Below, piece after piece: positions 18,293 to 20,000 of a DNA stretch of 20,000 nt. Positions within the stretch are counted from its first letter, which is position 1, and each line of letters begins with the position of its first letter. The position numbers were made by a program, and so were the translations under genes. The notes under the pieces were generated by a model, which saw only the letters and a program-made list of their open reading frames with translations, ran no database searches and was not told the origin of the DNA. Origin of the DNA: Hydrurus foetidus (Eukaryota). The stretch lies in the NCBI GenBank assembly GCA_900617105.1, contig UYFQ01000645.1, forward strand, positions 48,198-68,197, read 5' to 3'.

Positions 18293-20000
18293 TTAACGGT
18301 AGTTTGCGATGAATTCGCGTGGTATTAAGTGTTTGAGGTTCTTTTTGATTAAGAACTCATGTACTTTTTGCGCTTTACGCATGTGTGTCCACGGTTCCCA
18401 TGTATTGTGTTCATGGGTGTAGTTGAGCCATTTCACATGAAATGTGAGTGATTTGTATGCTCTTATGTTTCCTTTCATGTCTAGGATTTCCTCTATGAAG
18501 AATTCCAGATAATCTCTACGAGCATTGCCAGTTGGATCGATATGCGTAGGATCAAAGTGAAACGGTTTTAGTTGGGTCATGTGGTACAACTTTTCTTTCT
18601 GTGTTACCAGATCGAGTAATGTATACTCTGCGAAGTTATGGCTGACAACTCGCATTGGGCCGCGCCACAGTGTGTGCATGCGCGTTTCTGGTGATGTTCT
18701 TTGTTGGACAAGTACAAATGTGTCGACTCCGAACTGTGTGACGTTGGGAGGTTGTTGCGCATTGGGCAAGTCGTCGGATTCCTTGAGTAGACGTGCGGTG
18801 ATTTCGATGAGTTCATCTTGCAACGTTAACATTTTATCAGTTGACCGTGTAAGTGAGTCGAAATCTAAATCAATTTCATCTCTCGGAAGGATGATGTTTG
18901 CGTCGAGGTCGATCGCGTTGCCATAGATGAGTTGTGCTGGAGACACTTTCATCCGGTCACTTACGATTGAATTTAGTATTCTTTGAACAAACAGTAATAT
19001 TTCCGCGTAGTTTTCCGTAGTCGCCCGTTCGTATGCGTACGCGGTTATATGGCGATTGATTTCTTTGTTGATTCGCTCGACGATAGCGTTTTCTTCTGAA
19101 CAGTATGGTAATATTTTGTTGTGTGTTGTTCCAACAATCTTCACAAACTCATCTATGATGTGGCTTGCGAAGTGGGGTCCATTATCTGATCGAAGTATAC
19201 ATGGTGAGCCGTAGCGTCCCACGTGTTCTACAAGTGCTGTGCATGCCGATTTGGCTGTTGCATCAGGTGTTGCGTAGAGTTCGACAAACCTTGAGAAGGT
19301 GTCGATCATAACAAGGATATATCCTTTATCGGGAAATGGACCAATGAAGTCTATGTTAAGGCATTCCATTGGCTTGTAGGTTGAGGTTGTGTACCGGTAT
19401 GCGTTGATGGGATATTTCATTGCCGACATCTTTTGGCAACACGGACAATTTTTAATGAATGTTTTTACTGCGTCACGCATTCCCAGCCATATGTTATTTG
19501 TTTTCTTTAAATTACGCAGTGTGCGTTGTACACCACCATGTCCGACTATCGTGTTGTGGCACGTTGCAATTAGGTTATATTGCTCTGTCGTTATTGGTTT
19601 GTGTGTCAGAATTGCTGCTATTATTCCTGTTTTAGGAGGCATTCTGTTTAAACATAGGCGAGACATTGCGTCAGCAATTTCATTTTGTTTTCCCGGGATG
19701 TACCCTATCGTATATTCTAGTTCCTGCAGGGCCATACGCCATCTGCCGACCATCTCGTTTTATCCTTTTCTAGGAACGTAAGATTTTTGTGGTCTGTTAG
19801 GATTGTGAATTTACGGTCTCGCAGCAGTGCGTCGAGATAAGTACAGCAATAGTATAGCGCGAAGGCTTCTTTTTGTATTACTGACCATTTCAGTTGAGTC
19901 TTGGTAAGAGACTTGCTTACGAGAGCGACGAGTTGTTTTTCTCCGTCGACTTCTTGATACAAATAGCCGCCGACACCGTAATCTGACGCATCAGTCATCA
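18293..20000 (-). CDS. pol: Gypsy Pol (RNase H, integrase, chromodomain) with a 1-nt frameshift near 19760; 5'-truncated by window edge
   Basis: TDASDYGVGGYL, IQKEAFAL, TDHKNL in ORF 19717-19998. NEIADAMSR, H...H...CPCC, NIDFIGP, RSDNGPHF, ENAIVERIN, WRGPM and chromodomain FFIEEIL...VKWLNY...NTWEP in ORF 18293-19753. Confidence 0.94.

Larger units (their letters stand above)
17269..20000 (-). mobile_element. Ty3/Gypsy chromovirus-type LTR retrotransposon B, 3' part
   Basis: RNaseH-integrase-chromodomain on the minus strand, then a PPT at 18086-18100 and a TGTGAC start at 18082. Confidence 0.93.

Noticed and set aside
19717..19781. Programmed ribosomal frameshift in Gypsy B pol
   Set aside because: The shift is within RNase H, and the sister element reads through in one frame. 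Mutation or sequencing error is simpler.
1..20000. Gypsy A and B as two arms of one giant inverted-repeat element
   Set aside because: Their proteins are clearly diverged and their LTRs and UTRs differ, so they are independent insertions.

Overview
This is eukaryotic, transposon-saturated DNA with short GT-AG introns and no recognisable intact host gene. A stramenopile or other protist origin is only inferred, from the diatom CoDi-like Copia motifs. Two related chromodomain-bearing Ty3/Gypsy retrotransposons bracket the window tail-to-tail (1-2980 +, about 17269-20000 -), each with pol, polypurine tract and a 3' LTR. The best-preserved internal element is a 4010-bp PIF/Harbinger DNA transposon (7067-11076). 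It has 39-bp TIRs, an unusual TGA target duplication, an intact spliced 513-aa transposase and a convergent, atypical second gene of about 589 aa. Decayed material fills the rest: a Copia remnant whose gag is split by a 346-bp TTAA-site MITE, IS3EU-like and Sola1-like transposase pseudogenes, a USP-like cysteine-protease fragment, unidentified spliced pseudogenes and several inverted or direct repeats. I see no clear evidence of a wholly new biological system. The strongest candidates for novelty are the Harbinger second gene with its TGA target site, and the protease-like fragment.
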